16,316 nt of DNA from assembly GCA_034408725.1 (NCBI GenBank), contig JAWXCN010000246.1:1-16316 (forward strand). The letters run 5' to 3'. Within the stretch, counting starts at the first letter, position 1, and each line of letters opens with the position of its first letter. The stretch is from Candidatus Hydrogenedentota bacterium (GTDB taxonomy: Bacteria > Hydrogenedentota > Hydrogenedentia > Hydrogenedentales > SLHB01). This document shows, piece by piece, positions 1 to 7,414 of the stretch. The notes beneath the pieces were generated by a model. It was not told the DNA's origin and did no database searches. It saw only the letters and a program-made list of their open reading frames with translations. A program made the position numbers and the translations under genes.

Positions 1-2460
1 CGCGGGCACGGCGCGGATGCGCTGAAGTTCGCGTTGCAGAGCGCGGACCCGGTAGTGCGGCGGAGCGCGGCGCGCGCGTTCGCGTACCAGTTCCAGGAGA
101 TGGACGGGCGGATGGACATTGCGCGCGAGTTCGCGGGATTGATCAACGACCCGGATGAACTGACGCGGTTGCAGGCATTGCGCACGTTGCGGCAGTGGTT
201 TTACCGCAGCGACGATCCGGAGTTTAAGCAGTTTGTGATTAAGACCGTAATTGATCGCATGGGTGTGGAAGGTGAAACGCCTGCGATGCGCGTAAACCTC
301 GCGCAGAACATGTACATCCTGCTTGACGAAAACCAGAGCGGCGGCGTGAGCATGCAGCGCAACATTCGCGACGTGCCGAAAGACGTCGCGGCGCGCGTGC
401 TTGAAGGTCGCGTAACGGTCGAGCAAAGTTTTCTGCTTGAGCCCGTACTGACGGCGATGGCCGAAGGCAATGCGCTTCAGAGCGAGGCGCTGCTCGAGAG
501 TTTTGACGGCTCGTTCTTCAAGGGTCGTTACTACGCGCGCATTCCGCGCGACATGATCGACGTCGGCAACGACCGCGAGTTCAGTTTCATGTTCACGCCA
601 GAGCAGTCCTATCTGGAGAGCACGCTCGGCAAGGTACTTGAGACCGACCCGCGTCCGGCGCAGCAGAGCCGCGCGATCCAGCTTGCAACGTTCTTCGAGA
701 TGCCGCAGCAAAGCAGTGACGCGGCGTTTCAGGGGGCGGTGTTGTCGGCAACGCTGGCGGACGACACGACTCTCCGCGCGACAGCGCGCGATTCCGTGCG
801 CCGGTTCATGCGGATACGGCCCGATGCGGGAAACGCGACGACGGGCAAGGTGATCGCGCTGTTGAATTCCGGCGATGCCGAGTTGCAGGCGGCATTGGTG
901 GCGTCTCTCGCGCGAAGCCCGGAGGCGCTCGCAAACGAGGGTGTGAAAACGACGCTGCAAACATTGGCCGAAGGCCGCATCGCCGCGGACGCGCCGGGAA
1001 CGGACTTGTTGCCGTTGCTGTCGACAGCGATGCTCACCGATCAACAGGCGATGGCGGTGATCGACATGGCGTGGAACGCGGTGCAGGACAAACCGGCGGC
1101 GGAACGAATTCCGGTCGTGCAGGCGCTGGCAAACCGGCCCGCGCTGGTTGGAGCGCAAACTGATGCCGCGCCCAACGCGGGGCCGAGCCGTCGCGCGGTG
1201 CGCATTTTGAAACAGGCCTCGACGGACAAGGACGTTGCCGTGCGCGAAAAAGTGTTTGAGCTGATGGCCTCGCTCGAGTCGTTACGCAAAAGCACGCAGG
1301 CCGCGCCGATTCTGTACGCGGGGTTGTCCGACGATAGCCCCGCAATCCGGATTCAATCGCTGGCGCTTGCGCGTGAAAATGAGAACGTGTGGAAAGAAGA
1401 AGACGTACATGAGTATGTGCTGAAGCTGCTGATCGCCGCGGACCCGAAGATACGGAAGGCGGCGCTTGAGACTGTGCAGCAACGCAACCTCATCGCGGCG
1501 GCGCCGCGGTATGCTCCGCGTGTGCGCACGCTGATGGACAGCGACAGCGCGTTGAAAGCGGCGGCGGAAGCGGCGTTGCGCGCGGCGAACATCGATCCTG
1601 CGTCTGTACTGGCGGATGCGCAGATAGCGGTCGAGCGCACGCCGGACGTGTTGTTTTTCCGCGATCACGTGAACACTTATTTTTACGACAAGGGCGCGGA
1701 CAAGAACGCGTGCGCGGACTGTCATGCGACGCACACGATACTTGGGCTGGCCGAGCCGAAGCAGGACGGGACGCCGTTGACCGACAGCGACATCATCAAC
1801 AACTACCGGTCGTTATTGAAGGTCATCAACGTTTCCGAACCCGAGCAGAGTCTCGTGCTGCGCAAACCGCGCAGTCCATTTGGCACCGGCGCGTCCAGCG
1901 AAGAAAGCCCGACAGGCGTCACGCACGTCGGCGGCACGCGCTGGGAAGAAGGCACGGCAAACGAGGCGTATCAGGCCATACTCGCATTTGTGCGGTCGGC
2001 GCGCGATGAATCCACGCCGCTGAAGCTGAGCGCGTCGACGGATAGCTATTCGCCGGAATATCCACCCGCGGCAGCGGTGGACGGCGACCCGGCAACGTCG
2101 TGGCACACGGAGTTCGTCGGCGCGATGCCGGGATATCCGCACGAGATTGTTGTTGCGCTCGATTCGCCGCGCGAAGTTGCCGGCATTACCTATCATCCGC
2201 GGCAGGACAGCGAGAATGGGCGCGTGAAGGAATTTGAGGTATACGTCAGCGAGGACGGCAAGAACTGGGGCGAGCCGGTGGCAAAAGGCGCGTGGAATAA
2301 CGACGGCCAACCCAAGACAGCATTTATCCCGCGCACCACGGCGTCATTCGTCAAACTGCGCGGTCTCAGCGAAGTCGGCGGGCAACCGTTCATGAGCGCG
2401 GCGGAAGTGGAAGTGCTGGTGCCGAAGGGTGAGGCGAAAGTCGCGCAGGCTTTGCCGTAG
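1..2460 (+). CDS. 5'-truncated large HEAT/ARM-repeat protein with a Planctomycete-type c-type cytochrome domain (CxxCH) and a C-terminal F5/8 type C (discoidin/CBM32-like) domain
   Basis: Frame is open from base 1 (RGHGADALKFALQ...). HEAT-like units include DPVVRRSAARA, DPDELTRLQALRTL, DKDVAVREKVFELM, DDSPAIRIQSLAL and DPKIRKAALETV. CADCH lies at 1711-1725, followed by PEQSLVLRKP...HVGG. The C-terminal DGDPATSWHT, YHPRQDSENG, YVSEDGKNW and SAAEVEV motifs are typical of F5/8C. Confidence 0.8.
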   Translation, partial: RGHGADALKFALQSADPVVRRSAARAFAYQFQEMDGRMDIAREFAGLINDPDELTRLQALRTLRQWFYRSDDPEFKQFVIKTVIDRMGVEGETPAMRVNLAQNMYILLDENQSGGVSMQRNIRDVPKDVAARVLEGRVTVEQSFLLEPVLTAMAEGNALQSEALLESFDGSFFKGRYYARIPRDMIDVGNDREFSFMFTPEQSYLESTLGKVLETDPRPAQQSRAIQLATFFEMPQQSSDAAFQGAVLSATLADDTTLRATARDSVRRFMRIRPDAGNATTGKVIALLNSGDAELQAALVASLARSPEALANEGVKTTLQTLAEGRIAADAPGTDLLPLLSTAMLTDQQAMAVIDMAWNAVQDKPAAERIPVVQALANRPALVGAQTDAAPNAGPSRRAVRILKQASTDKDVAVREKVFELMASLESLRKSTQAAPILYAGLSDDSPAIRIQSLALARENENVWKEEDVHEYVLKLLIAADPKIRKAALETVQQRNLIAAAPRYAPRVRTLMDSDSALKAAAEAALRAANIDPASVLADAQIAVERTPDVLFFRDHVNTYFYDKGADKNACADCHATHTILGLAEPKQDGTPLTDSDIINNYRSLLKVINVSEPEQSLVLRKPRSPFGTGASSEESPTGVTHVGGTRWEEGTANEAYQAILAFVRSARDESTPLKLSASTDSYSPEYPPAAAVDGDPATSWHTEFVGAMPGYPHEIVVALDSPREVAGITYHPRQDSENGRVKEFEVYVSEDGKNWGEPVAKGAWNNDGQPKTAFIPRTTASFVKLRGLSEVGGQPFMSAAEVEVLVPKGEAKVAQALP

Positions 2461-2463
2461 TCT

Positions 2464-2691
2464 ATGATTTGCGATAACTGTGGAAAGCGTGGCGCAGCCA
2501 TTCGTAAAACTACACGGGCATATGGCCGCGGTGTGAATTTGCACGTTATTGAAGACATTCCTGCTATTCATTGTCCGCACTGCGGTGAAACCTATTATAC
2601 GGCAGAGACGTTGCACGAACTGGAGCGATTAAAATTACATCGAAATGCTATCACCGTGAAAGGGCAGGTAGCTGTTACTTCATTTAAATGA
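2464..2691 (+). CDS. YgiT-type zinc finger protein (MqsA-family antitoxin-like, no HTH)
   Basis: 75 aa. CDNC...VIEDIPAIHCPHCGETYYTAETL matches the YgiT-finger pattern CxxC...IxxVPAxxCxxCGExY. GC is lower than in the flanks. Confidence 0.85.
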   Translation: MICDNCGKRGAAIRKTTRAYGRGVNLHVIEDIPAIHCPHCGETYYTAETLHELERLKLHRNAITVKGQVAVTSFK

Positions 2692-2739
2692 TGTGGATCA
2701 TTCCAAGTCAATTTGTGTATTGCGAGTCTCCATTTTCCT

Positions 2740-2822
2740 GTCATTCCGAGTTACTGCGAGGAATCTGGAAGGTGAGGTAGACTATGTGCTTCTCCAGATT
2801 CCTCGCAGTAACTCGGAATGAC
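2740..2822. repeat. Perfect 30-bp inverted repeat (CGTC/GTCATTCC-type REP-like palindromic dimer)
   Basis: GTCATTCCGAGTTACTGCGAGGAATCTGGA (2740-2769) is the exact reverse complement of 2793-2822, with a 23-nt spacer. Each arm contains an internal ATTCC-N12-GGAAT palindrome. Confidence 0.9.
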
Positions 2823-2881
2823 GGAAGGGCGAGTTTTTGGTCACAGAATCAAGTGGAACCGACCACTAAATAAAAATCGTG

Positions 2882-3073
2882 ATGCAATTTCAATATTACG
2901 CTGATACTGACTCGCTCTACATTGATTTAGCCGATCGCCCCGGCGCAGAGAGCCGGGAGGTTTCGCCGGGAGTTGTGCTTGATTTTGATGTCGATGGACA
3001 TTTGGTAGGGATTGATATTGATCATGCAAGCAAGGCCGTTTCGCTTGGGACGTTGTTTGACTACGAAAGTTGA
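2882..3073 (+). CDS. DUF2283 domain-containing protein (putative antitoxin)
   Basis: MQFQYYADTDSLYIDL...ESREVSPGVVLDFDVDGHLVGIDIDHAS fits the DUF2283 pattern YDxxxDxLYI...GVxxDxDxxGxxVGIEI. An alternative GTG start lies at 2879. Confidence 0.85.
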   Translation: MQFQYYADTDSLYIDLADRPGAESREVSPGVVLDFDVDGHLVGIDIDHASKAVSLGTLFDYES

Positions 3074-3083
3074 GAAGGTGCCG

Positions 3084-4403
3084 ATGCCATACGATTATTT
3101 CGCGAGACTGTTGCGCATGCAAAGGGTTCCCATTGCTATCGTCGCTGTTGCGCTCGTTCACTTCGTAGCGCATGCCGATTCCGAATTAACGCTGAAGAAG
3201 AAAGCGGAAGTGTTTGAAGCGGACATGCAACGGCGTTTCGTGATAGACGGACAGCTTATCCCGAAATTGCGGCAGGTGGAACTGGTGAACGGCGTGCGGT
3301 CGTACAATATGCCGGACAACGCGTACATGACGGGGTTGTACACCGGTATTCTTGCGATGAAGTACGCGGCGACGAAGGACGACGCAACGCGCGCGCAGGG
3401 TTCGCAGGCCTTGGATGCGCTGCACCTGTTGTGTACCGCGAGCGGAAAGCCGGGGTTGCTTGCGCGCGCGGTGGTGTCGCCGGACATTGCGAAACTCGAT
3501 GACGGCGATTGGCAACCCGCGGCGGATGGCAAAAACGTGTGGCGCACAGATGTCAGCAGCGATCAGATGGACGGCGTGTTCTACGGTTTCATGATCGCTT
3601 ACGACCTGTTTGCGAACGACGAGGAGAAGAAGCAGATCGCGGAGGACGTATCCGCGCTGATGGATAGGTTGATAGCGAATGAGTATCGCATCATCGATTA
3701 CAACGGCCAGCGTACGGAATGGGGCAATTACACCGAGGAATACGTCACCAAGGCCGAGCCGATGAACGGGTTGATCCTGTTGCAGCATTTGAAAGTCGCG
3801 CACCACATCACGGGCGAAGAAAAGTACGCAGTTGAGTATGAACGGTTTGCCAAGGAAAAGCGATACGCGGAGCTTTGCGTGAACGCGTATCAGTGGCGGG
3901 GAGCGCGGCACAATTATTCCGACGATGTGCTGTTGTGGCTGGCTTATTATCCGCTGTTGGCGCTTGAGAAGGATCCGGCGTTGTTGGAGCAGTACAAGTT
4001 CAGCCTGTCCCGCGCTTGGAACGGCGTCGGTGAACGCGGCACGGGGATTAACGTTCAGGCGAACCCGTTGTTCGCGTTTCTCGCGGCGAAATTTCTCGAC
4101 ATTAACTCAGGCGTTGCCGCGGCGGTGCAAACGCTGGAATGGTTTCCATTGGAGTTGAAATGGAACCGCGCGACAATTGATGCATACGCCAAAGAATTCG
4201 GGTTCACGCATAGTCCGGCGACGAAGAGTCCCGCGCCGGCGCTGGGCGAGGCGGTTCCCGTGGATCGAAGGGTAAAGCAGTGGTCGGTGTGGGTACACAC
4301 GCCGTTCGAGGCGGGCGACAACGACACGGATATTGGCGGCGAATATAATGGGCACGATTATTTGATGGGGTATTGGTTGGGACGGTACTTGGGGTATATA
4401 TAA
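3084..4403 (+). CDS. Secreted hypothetical protein, probable alpha/alpha-toroid (six-hairpin glycosidase-like) fold
   Basis: SD-like AAGGTG precedes ATG 3084 (alternative ATG at 3117). Signal peptide ...RVPIAIVAVALVHFVAHA|DS. The protein is helical and aromatic-rich with acidic motifs DNAYMTG, DVSSDQMDG and NYSDD, ending in YWLGRYLGYI. The fold is an inference. Confidence 0.6.
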   Translation: MPYDYFARLLRMQRVPIAIVAVALVHFVAHADSELTLKKKAEVFEADMQRRFVIDGQLIPKLRQVELVNGVRSYNMPDNAYMTGLYTGILAMKYAATKDDATRAQGSQALDALHLLCTASGKPGLLARAVVSPDIAKLDDGDWQPAADGKNVWRTDVSSDQMDGVFYGFMIAYDLFANDEEKKQIAEDVSALMDRLIANEYRIIDYNGQRTEWGNYTEEYVTKAEPMNGLILLQHLKVAHHITGEEKYAVEYERFAKEKRYAELCVNAYQWRGARHNYSDDVLLWLAYYPLLALEKDPALLEQYKFSLSRAWNGVGERGTGINVQANPLFAFLAAKFLDINSGVAAAVQTLEWFPLELKWNRATIDAYAKEFGFTHSPATKSPAPALGEAVPVDRRVKQWSVWVHTPFEAGDNDTDIGGEYNGHDYLMGYWLGRYLGYI

Positions 4404-4438
4404 CGAGTGGCGCTGGTTTATGGGATAGACGAAGTGAA

Positions 4439-4459
4439 AGCGGTAGCTACCGCTACCGC
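4439..4459 (-). terminator. Palindrome or possible terminator between convergent genes
   Basis: AGCGGTAGCTACCGCT (4439-4454) is a perfect 16-bp palindrome. On the minus strand, GCGGTAG-6nt-CTACCGC is followed by TTTCACTT, a weak U tract. Confidence 0.35.
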
Positions 4460-6447
4460 AGTCCAAGGCGCGAGACGTTTACTTTCATGCCTTGGCACAT
4501 TGCGGCGAGGTCGGGGACGTCGAATTCCTTCAGCAATCCGAAACAATAGAGCGCGTGAAAATCGTTGTAGGGTATGCGCTGGGTAATGAGGTCTTTCAAG
4601 GTGGCGGGAGCATCTTCGGTGGTGAGGTGGAACAGTTTGTCACGGTGAAGGCCGCCGTACATCAGCGCGGTGACACCGCTCACCCAGCCTTTCGAGTAGA
4701 TTGCGACGGGCGCGTTGAACGCTTCGCGCGCCCATCGTGCAACACTGCCGAGCTGCGCCACGTTTTGTCCGAGTTCCCGTTCGCCAGTGGACTCGAGCAT
4801 CATGGCGTATTGATACTGGTTCTGCGCGACATCCCGCTCGCCTTGAAGAAACAGGTCGATAAGCAGGACCCGGCCGCCGGTGTCTCGCATCACTTTTTGC
4901 GCCTGATCGATCATTGAGACTTTTCCGCTGTCCGCGAACATGATCGTGGTCTGCTTGTCCGTCTTTGCGATGGGCGCCAAATACCAGGCGGGCACGGACC
5001 ATTCGCCGGCCTTAAGGATGTATGCCGAGACGGAAACTTCGGTTGCGGGTGCGCCGGTTGCATCATCGGTAATCATGGTGTAGCTGGTTGGTTCCGTTTC
5101 ACTCTCGACCGTTGCCGCGGGTAATTCCGTGAGCCGGATGACCTCGGCTAGCCGTTCTTTTGCGGATTCCTGCCATTCCGCGAGCGCGATACCGCCTTCC
5201 TTCGGGGCGGGGTTGACAGGTAGGGACGCGAGAAATGGCTCGGCCAGTGACGCCAGCGTTGCGTTGTTCTCCGGCAGACCGACTTTGAGTTCATCGAACG
5301 TTTTCAGTTCGCCGTCGAAGGACGGTTCCAAATTGTTCCAACCAAGGCCAAAATGAACACTCAAGTGCGCGTACAACTGCTGCCGGTTGTCTTTCGCATA
5401 GTTGTGCGTACCTGGATCGTGGTTCACGTACATCACGAAGTTTTCCTTGCCGCCAAAGAGATCGTAAATGGGTATGACGGGATCGTAAACCGACGCGGCC
5501 ATGTGACCGGCCTGGAAACAACATTCATCTTTTGCATTGTATATAAGCAGCGCCGGACGTGGCGCGAGCATGGCGGTAAGGTGTGTGAAATCCGCGACGG
5601 TCAACAGGTCTGGAGGAACCTGCTCAAGGTCCCCGATGTCACCAGGATACTGGACGCGCGCATCGATGCCGCTGTAGCCCGCGTTGGGAACGCTCACGGC
5701 AACGCGCGTATCCAGCGCGCTGAGAATGATCGTTTGCCATCCGCCGCCGGAAAGTCCCGTCATCGCCAGACGACCGGGATCAACGGAAGGATATTCCGCG
5801 AGCACATCGAGACCGCGCTTCATCGCGAGGTAGAACACGCTCATGCCGCTCACGCCGCAAAGGTTCAGGTTGGCAAGATTGTAGTGCGCGTTTCCGGTGT
5901 GCTTGAGCTCGCCAAAGGACAGCCATTCGGGGTGCAAAGCGACCACACCACGCTTTGCAAGCACAATACGCCGCGCCTGCTCCTCTTCATTCGCCTTGCC
6001 CGGATCGCCGACGTGCCCGTTGACTGAAAGCACCGCCGGCACTTTGCCGTCGATCGCGGTTGGCTCGTACAACAGCGCGGGAATCCACATGCCGGGCGCG
6101 GCCTCGTAACGCAGCTTTCGAATACGGTATCCGTGAGGGGTGTCAATATCCTTCACCCACTCGACACGCACCGGGGCCGAATACCACGACTCGGGCACGC
6201 CTTTGTAGATGATTTCAGACAAGAACCTGCTCCGAAGGCGTCCGGATTCCGCGTCCCAAGCAGCGGCAGAGTTCGGAATCTCGAGGGCAGGGATGCGCGC
6301 CCGTATGAACGCGGCCCACTGTGTTTTTGCGGTGTCCGGTTGCAGGAGTGGCTGGGCCAGGCGATCGGCCAAGGTAGCCTGGGCCACTGCGGGCTGTGAA
6401 ATCGTTGACAGCGCCACGACACATAGAATAATGGTCCGGACAGGCAT
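4453..6447 (-). CDS. Secreted alpha/beta-hydrolase (acetylxylan esterase/dienelactone hydrolase-like) with a second, degenerate hydrolase domain
   Basis: Signal peptide MPVRTIILCVVALSTISQPAVA|Q. Motifs IPALLYEP, PAVLSVNGH, nucleophile elbow GLSGGG, MLAPRPALLIYNAKD (Asp) and GTHNY (His). Confidence 0.8.
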   Translation of the reverse strand: MPVRTIILCVVALSTISQPAVAQATLADRLAQPLLQPDTAKTQWAAFIRARIPALEIPNSAAAWDAESGRLRSRFLSEIIYKGVPESWYSAPVRVEWVKDIDTPHGYRIRKLRYEAAPGMWIPALLYEPTAIDGKVPAVLSVNGHVGDPGKANEEEQARRIVLAKRGVVALHPEWLSFGELKHTGNAHYNLANLNLCGVSGMSVFYLAMKRGLDVLAEYPSVDPGRLAMTGLSGGGWQTIILSALDTRVAVSVPNAGYSGIDARVQYPGDIGDLEQVPPDLLTVADFTHLTAMLAPRPALLIYNAKDECCFQAGHMAASVYDPVIPIYDLFGGKENFVMYVNHDPGTHNYAKDNRQQLYAHLSVHFGLGWNNLEPSFDGELKTFDELKVGLPENNATLASLAEPFLASLPVNPAPKEGGIALAEWQESAKERLAEVIRLTELPAATVESETEPTSYTMITDDATGAPATEVSVSAYILKAGEWSVPAWYLAPIAKTDKQTTIMFADSGKVSMIDQAQKVMRDTGGRVLLIDLFLQGERDVAQNQYQYAMMLESTGERELGQNVAQLGSVARWAREAFNAPVAIYSKGWVSGVTALMYGGLHRDKLFHLTTEDAPATLKDLITQRIPYNDFHALYCFGLLKEFDVPDLAAMCQGMKVNVSRLGLR

Positions 6448-6833
6448 GGCAAGCGAAGCCTCCAGAGTTTGTTGAAATTACTATACTCTGTGCAAAAGTG
6501 CAGATGGAAACTATTCTTGAAGTAGGGAGTTGACGGGGTAAAATGCCCTGCATTGTACAAGTTTGTGCATCCTACACTACCCCTTGTGTTTTGCCGAGAA
6601 TGGTGGTAACATAGCGCCTACGTCGCTGTATTGTGACCAGACTGCTATATAGAGCAGTCGCCGACGCAAGTCGGGGGTAAAATTGAGGGAATCTGTTGAC
6701 GGCGGCCCCGTGTGGGGGATGAATTATGCTGGCGCAGGGACAAAGTTGTTTTTGCACAGTCGCCATCAGTAGGATAGTGGCGTTCAGTTACGCTGGACGC
6801 TGTTGTGTAGAGTGCAAAAAGGAGGAAACGCAC

Positions 6834-7241
6834 ATGTCAGTTCGTAGTCGTCTCGCTTCGCTGGCCCTGCTGGCGGCGGTGGCTCTTCCGCTCGCGGTAG
6901 GCTGCCAGTTCCTGGTTTTCAAGATTTGCGTGAAGAATGACACCGCTTATTTCCTGGACGAGTTCGCGGTCAAGTCGGCGGGTGAGCCCACGTATCCGCC
7001 GGCGTCGATGAGCGAAGTTGCCCCCGGTGGCAACGATGTCGTTGGCGGCATCCAGGCCGGTTCCTATGACGTTCGCGCGACGTTTGACGTTGCTGACGAC
7101 GAAAATGTCTGCGAATCGATTTTGGAATTGACGGATATCGAAATCGAAAACACGAACCTTTGCATCACGTATGACGAAGAGAATTCGGCCAAGGGTGAAG
7201 ATTGCATCGAAATCTACGCGACGCTGGATTACGTGCTCTAG
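6834..7241 (+). CDS. Acidic Cys-containing lipoprotein, copy 1 (135 aa)
   Basis: Strong SD AAGGAGG at 6819-6825 and ATG 6834. Lipobox LAVG|C, four further Cys residues. Paralogous to 7415-7816. Confidence 0.85.
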   Translation: MSVRSRLASLALLAAVALPLAVGCQFLVFKICVKNDTAYFLDEFAVKSAGEPTYPPASMSEVAPGGNDVVGGIQAGSYDVRATFDVADDENVCESILELTDIEIENTNLCITYDEENSAKGEDCIEIYATLDYVL

Positions 7242-7263
7242 GCTTCTGTTCACTATTGACATG

Positions 7264-7302
7264 ATGCCGGGGGTTGCCCAGTGCAGCCCCCGGCGTTTTT
7301 TT
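7264..7302 (+). terminator. Rho-independent terminator after lipoprotein 1
   Basis: 12-bp stem GCCGGGGGTTGC / GCAGCCCCCGGC (one G-U), 5-nt loop, followed by GTTTTTTT. Confidence 0.85.
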
Positions 7303-7323
7303 GTGCTGTAGGACAAATCCCTC

Positions 7324-7352
7324 TCGACAAATGCCGTGCTTGGGCGTACAAT
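7324..7352 (+). promoter_or_regulatory. Sigma70-type promoter of lipoprotein 2
   Basis: TCGACA (7324-7329), 17 bp, TACAAT (7347-7352), directly after the upstream terminator. Confidence 0.65.
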
Positions 7353-7414
7353 TGGCCAACGTTCAGTCGCGTGAACGGGGTTATTTTTCGCGTGAACCAA
7401 GGGAGGAACTTCAC

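Noticed and set aside
2740..2822. CRISPR repeat or IS terminal repeats
   Set aside because: Only two copies, in inverted orientation, with no spacers, cas genes, transposase or clear target-site duplication.
3012..3083. Start at 3012 for the 463-aa ORF
   Set aside because: Overlaps the DUF2283 gene and would bury the signal peptide.
3186..6027. Antisense ORFs 3186-3911, 4492-4917 and 5353-6027
   Set aside because: Lie opposite well-supported genes and have no protein-like features.
6640..6700. c-di-GMP-I riboswitch or tRNA reading of the GACGCAAG hairpin cluster
   Set aside because: Lacks the GGCAAAC...GAAA P2 arrangement, and no T-loop, anticodon arm or acceptor stem is evident on either strand.
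6572..6833. Small minus-strand ORFs (62-64 aa) in the divergent intergenic region
   Set aside because: No convincing SD or motif. The region looks regulatory.
6726..7414. Upstream extensions of the two lipoprotein ORFs (starts 6726 and 7274)
   Set aside because: Strong SDs and signal peptides define starts at 6834 and 7415. The 7274 start lies inside a terminator.
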